Shown: positions 54,950 through 64,000, numbered from the stretch's first letter. The stretch: DNA of 64,000 nt from Collinsella aerofaciens (GCA_905213325.1 CAJMHW010000004.1:2455-66454), one strand, 5' to 3'. Translations and numbers: made by a program. The notes: generated by a model from the sequence alone, not told the origin.

Positions 54950-56011
54950 ATGGAGAGGATACTCGGCGTTAATCTCTCTGGCTGGTTTATTCCCGAGCCT
55001 TGGGTGACCCCGTCGCTATACGCGGCGACCGGTGCATCCAACGCGGCCGAGCTGCAGGAGGCCATGGGCACCGCCGCCTATAACGAGCGCATGCGCCGTC
55101 ATTACGAGACGTTTGTGAGCGAGGACGATTTCCGCCGCATGGCGCAGATTGGCCTCAATGCCGTGCGTCTGCCGGTACCCTGGTATGCCTTTGGCTCGCA
55201 GGGGTCCGATGCGTCCTACATCTCGGTTGTCGACTACATCGACCGTGCAATTGAGTGGGCTGCCAAGTACGACATCCGCGTGCTGCTTGATCTAGCAACT
55301 GTGCCCGGTGGCCAGGGCGATTCCAACGATTCGCCCGCCACGCCGGAGGCTGTTGCCGAGTGGCATTCGTCCACCAACGGTCGTCATGTCGCACTCGACG
55401 TGCTCGAGCGCCTGGCCGATCGCTACGGCGAGGCCGAGAGCCTGCTGGGCATTGAGCTGCTGGATACGCCGCAGATGAGTGTCCGCAAGAGCCTCTTCAC
55501 CATGACGGATGGCATTCCTGCGCACTACCTGCGCAACTTCTATCGCGATGCCTATGAGCTCGTCCGTTCGTATATGCCCGAGGATAAGATCGTCGTCTTT
55601 TCGTCTTCGGGACATCCCAGCGAGTGGAAGCATTTTATGCGCGGCGCTAAGTACAAGAACGTCTACATGGACCTTCACCTGTACCATTACCGCGACGAGT
55701 ATGCGCTCGATATCACGAGCCCCCGCGGGCTGACGACGGCGATTTCGCGTAACAAGCGCGAGCTTAAAGAAGCGATTTCGACTGGGTTCCCCGTGCTGGT
55801 GGGCGAATGGTCGGGCGCGGCGATCTTTGCCAACTCGTCGGTTACGCCCGAGGGCCGCAATGCCTACGAGCGCGTGTTTATCGCCAACCAACTGGCTTCG
55901 TTTGCACCGGCTGCCGGTTGGTTCTTCCAAACGTGGAAGACCGAGAAGCGCATTGCAGCATGGGACGCCCGCGCGGCGCTCGGTACGCTCGAGCGTGGCA
56001 TGATTGAATAG
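54950..56011 (+). CDS. Glycoside hydrolase family 5 protein (exo-beta-1,3-glucanase-like)
   Basis: MERILGVNLSGWFIPEPWVTPSLY.. and NAVRLPVPWY are GH5-like. ATG 54950 follows GAAGGGGG. The listed ORF 54650.. reads through the repeats. Confidence 0.75.
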   Translation: MERILGVNLSGWFIPEPWVTPSLYAATGASNAAELQEAMGTAAYNERMRRHYETFVSEDDFRRMAQIGLNAVRLPVPWYAFGSQGSDASYISVVDYIDRAIEWAAKYDIRVLLDLATVPGGQGDSNDSPATPEAVAEWHSSTNGRHVALDVLERLADRYGEAESLLGIELLDTPQMSVRKSLFTMTDGIPAHYLRNFYRDAYELVRSYMPEDKIVVFSSSGHPSEWKHFMRGAKYKNVYMDLHLYHYRDEYALDITSPRGLTTAISRNKRELKEAISTGFPVLVGEWSGAAIFANSSVTPEGRNAYERVFIANQLASFAPAAGWFFQTWKTEKRIAAWDARAALGTLERGMIE

Positions 56012-56017
56012 GTTGAT

Positions 56018-56896
56018 ATGACGCAAAACAGCGCCCATACGGGCAAACTCTATGTGGTCGGCACGCCCATCGGCAACCTGGGCGACCTGTCCCCGCGCGT
56101 TGGCGAGGCGTTTGCCGCCGCCGATGCCATCTGCTGCGAAGACACGCGTGTGACGTCAAAGCTGCTGATGCATCTGGGCATTTCCAAGCCGCTTGTCCGT
56201 TGCGACGAGAATGTGATCGCCAGCCGCGCCGCCGGCCTGGTCGACCGTCTGCTGGCGGGGGAGACCCTCGCCTTTGCCTCGGACGCCGGCATGCCGAGCG
56301 TGTCCGATCCCGGCCAGGCGCTGGTCGAGGCGGCACGTGAGGCCGATGTGCCCGTCGAAGTTATTCCCGGGCCCTCCGCTTGCGTCACGGCGCTCGTTTC
56401 GTCCGGCATTCCCTGTGAGCATTTTTTCTTTGAGGGCTTTTTGGGCCGAAAGCACGGCGACCGCGTGCGTCGTTTGCAGCGCCTTGCCGTGGTTCCCGGC
56501 GCACTCATCTTCTACGAGTCTCCACATCGCATCGTGGCGACGCTCGAGGCCGTGGCAGAGGTTTTTCCCCAGCGTGAGGTTGCCGTCTGCCGCGAGCTCA
56601 CCAAGCTGCACGAGGAAGTCTTGCGCGGGCCCGCTGCCCAGCTTGCTGAGGAGCTGCGTGCTCGCGGCGAGGTAAAGGGCGAGATTGCGCTGGTCATCGC
56701 GCCGCCGAGCGAGGATGAGGAGGCCGGTATCGTGCCGGTTGGCGCCGCGGCAGCGGATCCCGACGAGGCCCTGCGCGAGGATATCCGCGCCGCGCTCGAG
56801 GAGGGGGAGCCCGCGTCTGCGGTGGCCAAGCGCCTGTCTCAGAAGTATTCGCGCCGCAAGCGCGATGTCTATGCCATGGTGCTCGATATGCAATAG
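56018..56896 (+). CDS. rsmI: 16S rRNA (cytidine1402-2'-O)-methyltransferase
   Basis: GKLYVVGTPIGNLGDLSPR.. is the canonical RsmI N-terminus. Confidence 0.9.
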   Translation: MTQNSAHTGKLYVVGTPIGNLGDLSPRVGEAFAAADAICCEDTRVTSKLLMHLGISKPLVRCDENVIASRAAGLVDRLLAGETLAFASDAGMPSVSDPGQALVEAAREADVPVEVIPGPSACVTALVSSGIPCEHFFFEGFLGRKHGDRVRRLQRLAVVPGALIFYESPHRIVATLEAVAEVFPQREVAVCRELTKLHEEVLRGPAAQLAEELRARGEVKGEIALVIAPPSEDEEAGIVPVGAAAADPDEALREDIRAALEEGEPASAVAKRLSQKYSRRKRDVYAMVLDMQ

Positions 56897-56965
56897 ATGG
56901 AGGATATCCAGCCCTTGCGCTAGAATCATCCTCTGTATGCAACGTTTTTCTGGAGGACAAACCCC

Positions 56966-58567
56966 ATGGATCAAAGCAAGCCTTCGTTCTTTATCACGAC
57001 GCCCATCTACTACGTCAACGCCGATCCGCACCTGGGCACGGCTTATTCCACCATCATCGCCGACGTTCAGGCTCGCTATCGCCGCTCCGCCGGCTATAAC
57101 GTCAAGTTCCTGACCGGCATGGACGAGCACGGCGAGAAGGTCGCCGAGGCCGCAGCCAAGCACAACATGACGCCTCAGGAGTGGACCGACAGCCAGGCTC
57201 CGCACTTCAAGGAGCTTTGGAACAAGCTCGAGATCTCCAACGACGACTTCATCCGCACCACCGAGCCGCGCCAGCATCATGCCGTGCAGTACCTGTGGGA
57301 GCGCATGAAGGAGTCCGGTTACCTGTATAAGGGCAGCTACGACGGCTGGTATTGCGTGCCTGATGAGACCTACTTCACCGATACACAGGTCCAGAAGGGC
57401 GACGAGGAGTACGGCAGCGTCGGCCAGCACCTGTGCCCCGACTGCCACCGTCCGCTTGAGCGCGTGCAGGAGGAGTCCTACTTCTTCAAGCTTTCCGCTT
57501 TCCAGGACAAGCTGCTCAAGCTCTATGACGAGCACCCCGACTTTGTCGAGCCTGCGTTCCGCATGAACGAGGTTCGCAGCTTTGTCGAGGGCGGCCTTAA
57601 TGACCTTTCCGTGAGCCGTACGAGCTTCGACTGGGGCATCCAGGTTCCGTTTGACGAGGGCCATGTGACCTATGTATGGTTCGACGCGCTGCTCAACTAT
57701 ATGACGGCCGTCGGCTACGGTGTCGACACCGACGAGGCGCGTGCCGAGCTGGCCTATCGCTGGCCCGCGCAGTTCCACATCGTGGGTAAGGACATCATTC
57801 GCTTCCACTGCGTCATTTGGCCCGCCATGCTCATGGCCATCGGCGAGGCCCTGCCCGAGCACGTCTTTGCCCACGGCTTCCTGACCGTGCGCAATGCCGA
57901 GACTGGCAAGGCCGAGAAGATGTCCAAGAGCCGCGGCAACGCCATCGCTCCGCAGGACGTTATCGACATGCTGGGCGTCGAGGGCTATCGCTACTACTTC
58001 ATGACCGACGTGGTTCCCGGCACCGACGGCGCCATCAGCTTCGATCGCATGGAGCAGGTCTACAACGCTGACCTGGCCAACAGCTGGGGCAACCTCATCT
58101 CGCGTTCGCTCAACATGAGCGGCAAGTACTTTGACGGTTGCGCGCCTGCCAAGCCCGCGTCGTTCGATACGTTTGACAACCCTCTGGCAAAGATCGCCGA
58201 CGGTCTGGTTGAGCGCTACATGGCCAAGATGGACGTGCTCGATTACGGCGGAGCCAAGGATGAGGTCATGGAGCTCATCCATGCTGCCAACCACTACATC
58301 GAGGACTTCGAGCCCTGGGCGCTTGCCAAGGACGAGGCCAAGGCTGACGAGCTGGCGTTTGTGATCTACAACCTGCTCGAGGCCATCCGCATTGCCGCTC
58401 ACCTGCTGATGCCGCTCATGCCTCAGACTTCCGTCGAGGCCCTGCGTCGCCTGTCCTGTGAGAACGAGGCCGCGACCGACGACCTCAAGGGCATTTGCGC
58501 TTGGGGCCTGCTTGCTGGTGGTCAGCCCGTCGAGAAGGGTGAGCCGCTGTTCCCGCGTCTGGGCTAA
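56966..58567 (+). CDS. metG: Methionine--tRNA ligase (short form)
   Basis: FFITTPIYYVNADPHLGTAY (HIGH-type motif) and KMSKSRGN (KMSKS). Confidence 0.95.
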   Translation: MDQSKPSFFITTPIYYVNADPHLGTAYSTIIADVQARYRRSAGYNVKFLTGMDEHGEKVAEAAAKHNMTPQEWTDSQAPHFKELWNKLEISNDDFIRTTEPRQHHAVQYLWERMKESGYLYKGSYDGWYCVPDETYFTDTQVQKGDEEYGSVGQHLCPDCHRPLERVQEESYFFKLSAFQDKLLKLYDEHPDFVEPAFRMNEVRSFVEGGLNDLSVSRTSFDWGIQVPFDEGHVTYVWFDALLNYMTAVGYGVDTDEARAELAYRWPAQFHIVGKDIIRFHCVIWPAMLMAIGEALPEHVFAHGFLTVRNAETGKAEKMSKSRGNAIAPQDVIDMLGVEGYRYYFMTDVVPGTDGAISFDRMEQVYNADLANSWGNLISRSLNMSGKYFDGCAPAKPASFDTFDNPLAKIADGLVERYMAKMDVLDYGGAKDEVMELIHAANHYIEDFEPWALAKDEAKADELAFVIYNLLEAIRIAAHLLMPLMPQTSVEALRRLSCENEAATDDLKGICAWGLLAGGQPVEKGEPLFPRLG

Positions 58568-58608
58568 GACGTAGCGCGCCATATCGGCAATTTGCTGTTT
58601 AGATGTAA

Positions 58609-58643
58609 GGGCATGGCCGCAACGGTCCATGCCCTTTCGTTTC
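58609..58643 (+). terminator. Terminator after metG
   Basis: GGGCATGGCC..GGTCCATGCCC stem followed by TTTCGTTT. Confidence 0.55.
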
Positions 58644-58674
58644 AAGACGCCGCCATCATGCTAAGGAGGCAACT

Positions 58675-59535
58675 ATGACAACTTCGCCTTTGGCAAACCC
58701 CACGGCAACAAGGGAGCTGCTGGAGGAGTTTGGCCTTGCGACCAAGCATCGCCTGGGCCAGAACTTCCTGATCGACAACCATGTGATTGAGCGCATCTGC
58801 GAGCTTGCCGAGCTCACGGGCGATGAGCGCGTGCTCGAGGTTGGCCCGGGCGTTGGTACGCTCACGCTTGCGCTGCTGCAGGAGGCGGCGTGCGTCACGT
58901 CGATCGAGGCCGACCCCGAGCTCGAGCCGGTGCTCGACGCCCATGCCGCCGACTATGCCAACTTCCGCTTTATCATGGGCGACGCGCTTAAGGTGGGCCC
59001 GGAGCAGATTGAGCAGGCCGCCGGCGGCGAGCCCACGGTATTTGTCGCGAACTTGCCCTATAACGTGGCGGCGACGATCATTTTGCAATTTTTCCAGACG
59101 ATGCCGGCGCTCAAGCGTGCCGTCGTCATGGTGCAAAAGGAGGTTGCCGATCGCATTGCCGCAGTGCCGGGCAACAAGACCTATGGCGGCTATACGGCAA
59201 AGCTCGGCCTGTATGCGCAGGTGACGGGTCGCTTTGAGGTGCCGCCGCGTTGCTTTATGCCAGCGCCGCACGTGGACTCGGCCGTCGTGCGTATCGACCG
59301 TGTTGACGGCGTGGTGCCCGAGGGGCTCGATCGCGAGTTCGTGGCTCGTGTGATCGACGCTGCATTTGCTCAGCGGCGCAAGACCATCCGAAATTCCATG
59401 AGCGCCAACGGTTTTGCCAAGGACGTGCTCGATGCCGCTTTTGAGGTTTGCGGTATCGCACCCACCACGCGCGCCGAGACGCTCGATGTTGCCGACTTTG
59501 TCCGTCTGGCCCGGGAGCTAATCCATGACGCCTAA
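58675..59535 (+). CDS. rsmA: 16S rRNA (adenine1518/1519-N6)-dimethyltransferase
   Basis: KHRLGQNFLID.. and VLEVGPGVGTLT SAM motif. Confidence 0.9.
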   Translation: MTTSPLANPTATRELLEEFGLATKHRLGQNFLIDNHVIERICELAELTGDERVLEVGPGVGTLTLALLQEAACVTSIEADPELEPVLDAHAADYANFRFIMGDALKVGPEQIEQAAGGEPTVFVANLPYNVAATIILQFFQTMPALKRAVVMVQKEVADRIAAVPGNKTYGGYTAKLGLYAQVTGRFEVPPRCFMPAPHVDSAVVRIDRVDGVVPEGLDREFVARVIDAAFAQRRKTIRNSMSANGFAKDVLDAAFEVCGIAPTTRAETLDVADFVRLARELIHDA

Positions 59536-60442
59536 TGCCGAACGCGTGACGTTTACCAAGAAAAAGAAGACGGTTGCTTGTCCCGTGCCCTTGGCGCCGC
59601 TTGCCGACACGCATGCACATCTGCTTTCGTTTTGGGGCAAGGATGTGCCCGAGACGCTCGTGCACGCCAAAGCCGCGGGCGTCGACCTGTTGGTGACGAT
59701 GTTCGACCCCATTGCCGACAAGCGCAGCGTGGCGGACTATAGCGACTGGCTGGTGCGCGAGATTTTGCCGATGCGAGATATTCCGCAGATTAAGTATCTC
59801 GCCGGCGTGCACCCCTATGGCGCACCGGACTACACCGATGATATCCATGCCCAGATTGTGACTGCGCTCGACGATCCGTTGTGTGTTGGCATCGGCGAAA
59901 TTGGCCTGGACTACCACATGGACTATGACGACGATGTCGCGCCGGCGCCTCATGACGTGCAGATTGATTGCGTGGCACGTCAGCTTGAGGTTGCCGTACG
60001 ACGCAATGTGCCGGTAGAGCTGCATCTGCGTCATGAGGACACGGACGAGGAGCGCACCTCGCATGTGGATGCGTACAACGTGCTGCGCGAGGTGGGTGTG
60101 CCCCAGGCCGGTTGCGTACTGCACTGCTTTGGCGAGGACCGAGCCACAATGGAGCGCTTTGTGGATTTGGGTTGTTACATCGCCTATGGCGGCGCGGCTA
60201 CCTTTAAGCGCAACGACGACGTGCGCGAGGCATTCGCGGCAACCCCGCTCGACCGTATTCTGTTCGAGACGGATTGTCCCTATATGGCTCCGGAGCCCAT
60301 TCGCGGTCTTGAGTGCGAGCCTGCAATGATTTCCATCACAGCAAACACGCTGGTCAACGACCGCGTCGATCGTACCGGCGAGGACGCCGAGGCAATCGCT
60401 CGAGCCGCCTGGGAAAATGCCTGCAAACTTTTTCAAAAATAG
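59525..60442 (+). CDS. tatD: TatD-family metal-dependent hydrolase
   Basis: LADTHAHL.., GEIGLDYH and FETDCPYMAP motifs. Overlaps rsmA by 11 nt. Confidence 0.85.
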   Translation: MTPNAERVTFTKKKKTVACPVPLAPLADTHAHLLSFWGKDVPETLVHAKAAGVDLLVTMFDPIADKRSVADYSDWLVREILPMRDIPQIKYLAGVHPYGAPDYTDDIHAQIVTALDDPLCVGIGEIGLDYHMDYDDDVAPAPHDVQIDCVARQLEVAVRRNVPVELHLRHEDTDEERTSHVDAYNVLREVGVPQAGCVLHCFGEDRATMERFVDLGCYIAYGGAATFKRNDDVREAFAATPLDRILFETDCPYMAPEPIRGLECEPAMISITANTLVNDRVDRTGEDAEAIARAAWENACKLFQK

Positions 60443-60485
60443 TTCTTGCGTTCACGGTGGCGCTCCGTTATTCTAATTCCTGCAC

Positions 60486-60572
60486 GCGGGCGTGGCGGAA
60501 TTGGCAGACGCGTACGGTTCAGGTCCGTATGGGGGCAACCCCATGAAGGTTCAAGTCCTTTCGCCCGCACCA
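60486..60572 (+). tRNA. tRNA-Leu (anticodon CAG), class II long variable arm, CCA encoded
   Basis: Acceptor GCGGGCG/CGCCCGC, anticodon stem TACGG/CCGTA with loop TTCAGGT, and a long variable arm. Confidence 0.9.
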
Positions 60573-60585
60573 TTAAATGAAAGAG

Positions 60586-60608
60586 CTCCCAGCAATGGGA
60601 GTTTTTTT
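60586..60608 (+). terminator. Terminator after tRNA-Leu
   Basis: CTCCCA-gcaa-TGGGAG stem followed by TTTTTTT. Confidence 0.7.
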
Positions 60609-60660
60609 GTTATGGGCCGTTTTTGGCAGATTTGACCTATCGATTTCGCGCGGTAGATGC

Positions 60661-60886
60661 CCCCGTGGTCAAAAAGTGGCAAATATGAGTACTGGCACGA
60701 AAATAGAGACATTTCACGAAGCCATTTTTGCTCATTTTGCGCAACAGATGTACGCTAATTTGACCCAATCTTGAGACAAGACGAAGTAAATTCGATAGAC
60801 CTCGGGTTCAAAGAGGCGATTTTGACCCAAATACGCTGTTACTAAACTGGTAACAGTACTCATATTTGGCCTTTTTTGACCACGGG
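60661..60886. repeat. 226-bp element bounded by 33-34-bp inverted repeats (MITE-like or invertible-segment-like)
   Basis: 60661-60694 ccccgtggtcaaaaagtggcaaatatgagtactg against 60854-60886 cagtactcatatttggccttttttgaccacggg, 30/33 complementary. The AT-rich interior has repeated TTTGACC motifs. Confidence 0.8.
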
Positions 60887-60960
60887 TCCTCTTGTTGGTG
60901 TCACACAGCTGCTTCGTGCGGGTATCCTAGTCCCAACGCGTGCCTATCAGAGGAGAAACC

Positions 60961-61899
60961 ATGCTGTTGTCCGGTATCATCGCTACCCTTACGAGCCTTC
61001 TACTTCCCATCATCCTTTTGTTGCTATTGCTCCCCAACGCCTGCTATGTCGTTGAACAGCAGCATGCTGTGATCATCGAGCGCCTGGGCAAGTTCAATCG
61101 CATCGTCAACGCGGGCTTCCACATGAAGGTACCCGTGATCGACCGCAAGGCCGCCACGGTGAGTCTGCGCACCATGAAAAACGGCTTTGGCATCGACGTT
61201 AAGACCCAGGACAACGTGACCATCGGTCTTGAGGTCTCTGCTCAGTACCACGTGAGCTATGACATGGGCGCCGGCCCGGCAGATTCGGGTATCTACAAGA
61301 GCTACTACATGCTGCAGGAGCCCGTCGACCAAATGCGTGACTTCATCACCGATGCCCTGCGCTCTTCCATCCCCGTCTACACGCTCGATGAGGTCTTTGC
61401 CAAAAAAGACGATATCGCCAAGGACGTCAACGCCACCGTGTCCGAGCAGATGGCCGCCTACGGCTTCACCCTCGTGTCGACACTTATCACCAAGATCGCA
61501 CTGCCGACCGAGGTCGAGAACTCCATGAACGACATCAACGCCGCCCAGCGCAAGCGCGCTGCGGCACAGGAGCTCGCCGAGGCAGACCGTATCAAGCGCG
61601 TCACCGAGGCGACCGCCGAGGCCGAGGCTATGGAAAAGGCGGGCGAGGGCATTGCCAACCAGCGCAAGGCCATCGCGCTGGGCATCAAAGATTCACTCGA
61701 GATCATCCAGGAGACGGGCGTCGGCAACGACGAGGCCAACCAGCTGTTCATGTTTACGCAGTGGTCCGAGATGATGACGGAGTTCGCTCGCACGGGTAAA
61801 ACTTCGACGGTCGTACTGCCGAGCGATTTCTCGCAGTCGGCCTCGATGTTCGAGCAGATGCTGACCGCCGGCAAAGTTCAAAACGGTTCGAAGGAGTAG
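60961..61899 (+). CDS. SPFH/Band-7 (stomatin/prohibitin-like) domain protein
   Basis: N-terminal TM segment followed by VVEQQHAVIIERLGKFNRIV..GFHMKVPVIDR. ATG 60961 follows AGGAG. Confidence 0.85.
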   Translation: MLLSGIIATLTSLLLPIILLLLLLPNACYVVEQQHAVIIERLGKFNRIVNAGFHMKVPVIDRKAATVSLRTMKNGFGIDVKTQDNVTIGLEVSAQYHVSYDMGAGPADSGIYKSYYMLQEPVDQMRDFITDALRSSIPVYTLDEVFAKKDDIAKDVNATVSEQMAAYGFTLVSTLITKIALPTEVENSMNDINAAQRKRAAAQELAEADRIKRVTEATAEAEAMEKAGEGIANQRKAIALGIKDSLEIIQETGVGNDEANQLFMFTQWSEMMTEFARTGKTSTVVLPSDFSQSASMFEQMLTAGKVQNGSKE

Positions 61900-61905
61900 G
61901 CGCGC

Positions 61906-62376
61906 GTGAAATACACCGTCGTTTGCGTCGGTAAGCTCAAGGAGCGCTTTTGGAAGGACGCGTGCGCTGAGTACACCAAGCGCTTAGGTGCCTATGCCAA
62001 GGTGGATATCCGCGAGGTGGCCGATATCGACCCGGCTAAGGCGGGCGGCGTGGATGCCGCGCGCGACAAGGAGGGGGCGGCGATTCTTGCAGTCCTGCCG
62101 CCTCGAGCGCATGTGATCTTGCTGGCCATTGAGGGCAAAGAGCGCTCGAGCGAGGAGTTTTCGGCGCGGCTCGATGATCTTATGCTGCGTGGTAACAGCG
62201 ACATCGCCTTTGTAATCGGCGGATCGGACGGCGTGAGCGATGACGTGCGCGCACGAGCCGACGAGATGCTCAGCTTTGGACGCATTACTTTGCCGCATAA
62301 CTTGGCGCGCGTGGTGCTGCTGGAGCAAATCTATCGCGCCTGCAAGATCAGCCGTGGCGAGCCGTATCACAAATAG
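61906..62376 (+). CDS. rlmH: 23S rRNA (pseudouridine1915-N3)-methyltransferase
   Basis: 156 aa with VCVGKLKE..Y.KRL and C-terminal SFGRITLPHNLARVVLLEQIYRA, which is SPOUT RlmH-like. Confidence 0.9.
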   Translation: MKYTVVCVGKLKERFWKDACAEYTKRLGAYAKVDIREVADIDPAKAGGVDAARDKEGAAILAVLPPRAHVILLAIEGKERSSEEFSARLDDLMLRGNSDIAFVIGGSDGVSDDVRARADEMLSFGRITLPHNLARVVLLEQIYRACKISRGEPYHK

Positions 62377-62449
62377 GTCGGCAATACGAAACAATGGCGT
62401 GGGACAATACCTTTCGTTTTGAAGAGCGTGTCTGAGAGGACTATGAGAT

Positions 62450-63220
62450 ATGAAGATTGGGTTTGTCGGTTTTGGCAATATGGCGAGCGCTATGGCCGAT
62501 GGCTGGATCGCTGCCGGTGTAGCTGCGAGCGACATGTGCGCCTGCGCGGGTCGCTACGACGCACTGGTTGAGCGCTGCGAGGCGCGCGGCATGGTCGCCT
62601 GCCACGATGCCGCCGAGGTTGTCGCTGCATCCGATATCGTGGTCGCTGCGGTCAAACCGTATATGATCGAGAAGATATTCGCCCCGCTCAAGGATGTTCT
62701 TGCCAAAAAGGTCGTTCTGTCGGTTGCTTGGACCTGGGACAGTGCCAAGTGGGAGCAGGTCCTGCCGGGCGTCGCGCATATCTCGACGGTGCCCAACACA
62801 CCGGTTTCGGTGGGCGAGGGCGTCATCGCTTGCGAGAAGGCTTCCACGCTTAGTGATGAGCAGAGCGCCGTGGTGCTTGATCTGCTTGGCAAGATCGGTG
62901 CGGTGGTCGAGCTCGATACGAGCCTGCTGTTTGTGGGCGGCACGGTGGGTGGTTGCGCTCCGGCATTTGTCGCCATGGCAATCGAGGCCCTGGGCGATGC
63001 AGCGGTCAAGCACGGTATCCCGCGTGCCGATGCCTATCGCATTGTGAGCCAGATGGTGCTAGGTACGGCAAAGCTGCAGCTTGCAACTGGTCAGCATCCT
63101 GCGGCGATGAAGGATGCCGTATGCTCGCCCGGTGGCGCCACCATCAAGGGCGTCATCGCGCTCGAGGATGCCGGCATGCGCAGTGCCCTGGTCAAGGCAA
63201 TCGACGCAACTCTCCAGTAA
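62450..63220 (+). CDS. proC: Pyrroline-5-carboxylate reductase
   Basis: MKIGFVGFGNMASAM.. and C-terminal SPGGATIKGV motif. Confidence 0.9.
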   Translation: MKIGFVGFGNMASAMADGWIAAGVAASDMCACAGRYDALVERCEARGMVACHDAAEVVAASDIVVAAVKPYMIEKIFAPLKDVLAKKVVLSVAWTWDSAKWEQVLPGVAHISTVPNTPVSVGEGVIACEKASTLSDEQSAVVLDLLGKIGAVVELDTSLLFVGGTVGGCAPAFVAMAIEALGDAAVKHGIPRADAYRIVSQMVLGTAKLQLATGQHPAAMKDAVCSPGGATIKGVIALEDAGMRSALVKAIDATLQ

Positions 63221-63221
63221 A

Positions 63222-63264
63222 ACCGACCAAAAAAGACAGGTTTTTTGACAGGTATTTCCTGCGG
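63222..63264 (-). repeat. Intergenic ~45-nt element, copy E (reverse, degenerate)
   Basis: accgaccaaaaaagacaggttttttgacaggtatttcctgcgg. Confidence 0.55.
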
Positions 63265-63283
63265 TTTTGCCCTTTTAGCGAAA

Positions 63284-63322
63284 AGCGCCCCGCAACTGGC
63301 TCAATTCCAGTTGCGGGGCGCT
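63284..63322. terminator. Bidirectional terminator hairpin between proC and a small minus-strand ORF
   Basis: 15-bp stem within AGCGCCCCGCAACTGG/CAGTTGCGGGGCGCT (the terminal G of the 5' arm is unpaired), followed by TTTTCGCT on the minus strand. Confidence 0.75.
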
Positions 63323-63330
63323 TGCGTTTG

Positions 63331-63375
63331 CCCAGATAAAACAGACCAAAATAAACCTGTCCTTTTTTGGCAGGT
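63331..63375 (+). repeat. Intergenic ~45-nt element, copy F (forward)
   Basis: cccagataaaacagaccaaaataaacctgtccttttttggcaggt. Confidence 0.85.
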
Positions 63376-63548
63376 TAGTCCCAGAAGCTGTCTTCCTCAT
63401 CCTCGGACTTGGGTCCGCGGTCGACGTACATCTTATGGGTACGCTTCTCCATTACAAAGGCAAGAATCGCAAATAACAGGATGCCGCCGGCGAAAAGGAT
63501 GGCAAAACCGGTGCGGGTGCCAAACAAAAAGGAAAAAACTGCGTCCAT
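63375..63548 (-). CDS. Small (57 aa) single-pass membrane protein with an acidic tail, hypothetical
   Basis: My own translation is MDAVFSFLFGTRTGFAILFAGGILLFAILAFVMEKRTHKMYVDRGPKSEDEEDSFWD. AAGAAGG lies upstream. It falls below the 60-aa cut-off of the ORF track. Confidence 0.4.
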   Translation of the reverse strand: MDAVFSFLFGTRTGFAILFAGGILLFAILAFVMEKRTHKMYVDRGPKSEDEEDSFWD

Positions 63549-63659
63549 TGGGTGCCTTCTTGCGTAGTTGAGTTGGGTCGTAAACGCTCATAAGTATATA
63601 CTTGCCCATACATGTACAAGGTTGCAACCTAAATGGAATGTATATCGCCGGAGGATCTA

Positions 63660-64000
63660 ATGCTTGATATCAAGTTTGTTCGCGAGAACCCCGATGCCAT
63701 CGATGTCGCCATGGCTAACCGCCAGACGTCTTGGGATCGCGAGAAGTTCTTTGAGCTCGACGACGAGCGCCGTGCCGTCATCACCGAGGTCGAGGAGCTC
63801 CAGGCTACGCGCAATGCCGAGTCCAAGAAGATCGGCGCCCTGATGAAGGAGGGCAAGAAGGACGAGGCCGAGGCCGCCAAGGAGGCCGTGCGCGCCGTCA
63901 ACGAGAAGATTGACGGTCTGGCCGAGCGCCGTACTGCTCTCGAGCAGGAGCAGTACGACTTCATGGCTCACCTGCCCAACATTCCTTGCGAGGCCACGCC
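63660..64000 (+). CDS. serS: Serine--tRNA ligase, N-terminal part (3' end outside window)
   Basis: MLDIKFVRENPD.. is the canonical SerS start after GGAGGA, followed by a coiled-coil arm. The frame is open to the window end. Confidence 0.9.
   Translation, partial: MLDIKFVRENPDAIDVAMANRQTSWDREKFFELDDERRAVITEVEELQATRNAESKKIGALMKEGKKDEAEAAKEAVRAVNEKIDGLAERRTALEQEQYDFMAHLPNIPCEAT

Overview
High-GC (about 62-65% in sampled stretches) Gram-positive, actinobacterial-type chromosome segment. Gene content looks Coriobacteriia-like, but that taxon call is inference. Most of the window is core metabolism and translation: a mannose-family PTS with SIS deglycase-like genes and GntR regulators, recQ, ldh, metA, glmM, pheST behind a T-box leader, cbiMQO, pyk, a P-type ATPase, rsgA, rsmI, metG, rsmA, tatD, rlmH, proC and serS. 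There are three tRNAs: Val-GAC, Phe-GAA and Leu-CAG. Accessory content is as follows. (1) An AT-richer ~4.9 kb islet next to tRNA-Val carries an AlbA_2/HATPase_c_4-type protein, a PUA/SRA-like-HNH nuclease and zinc-ribbon/DUF5710-like proteins. (2) A hicAB module has a clear promoter/operator, with a LexA-like box and an odd nested-palindrome region next to it. (3) A 9.6 kb Gram-positive-type Tad/Flp pilus locus (cpaB-tadZABC-flp plus pseudopilins, a 717-aa TadG-like protein and DUF192) has no secretin and no prepilin peptidase in the window. (4) A toxin/RHH-antitoxin pair beside tRNA-Phe has a poly-A tract that looks like a frameshift site. The most unusual sequence-level signal is several families of structured intergenic repeats that no gene explains: a ~45-nt element present six times and usually coupled to terminator hairpins, a TCCACGCTCAT repeat family at two 5' regions, a 195-bp palindrome, a 3 x 62-nt tandem hairpin array, and a 226-bp element bounded by 34-bp inverted repeats. 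No CRISPR array, rRNA, transposase or integrase was seen. I did not find a multi-gene system I could confidently call new. The best candidates are the tRNA-Val islet, the SOS-box/palindrome region at 14.15-14.46 kb and the repeat families. All function calls rest on reading motifs in the supplied translations; no database search was run.
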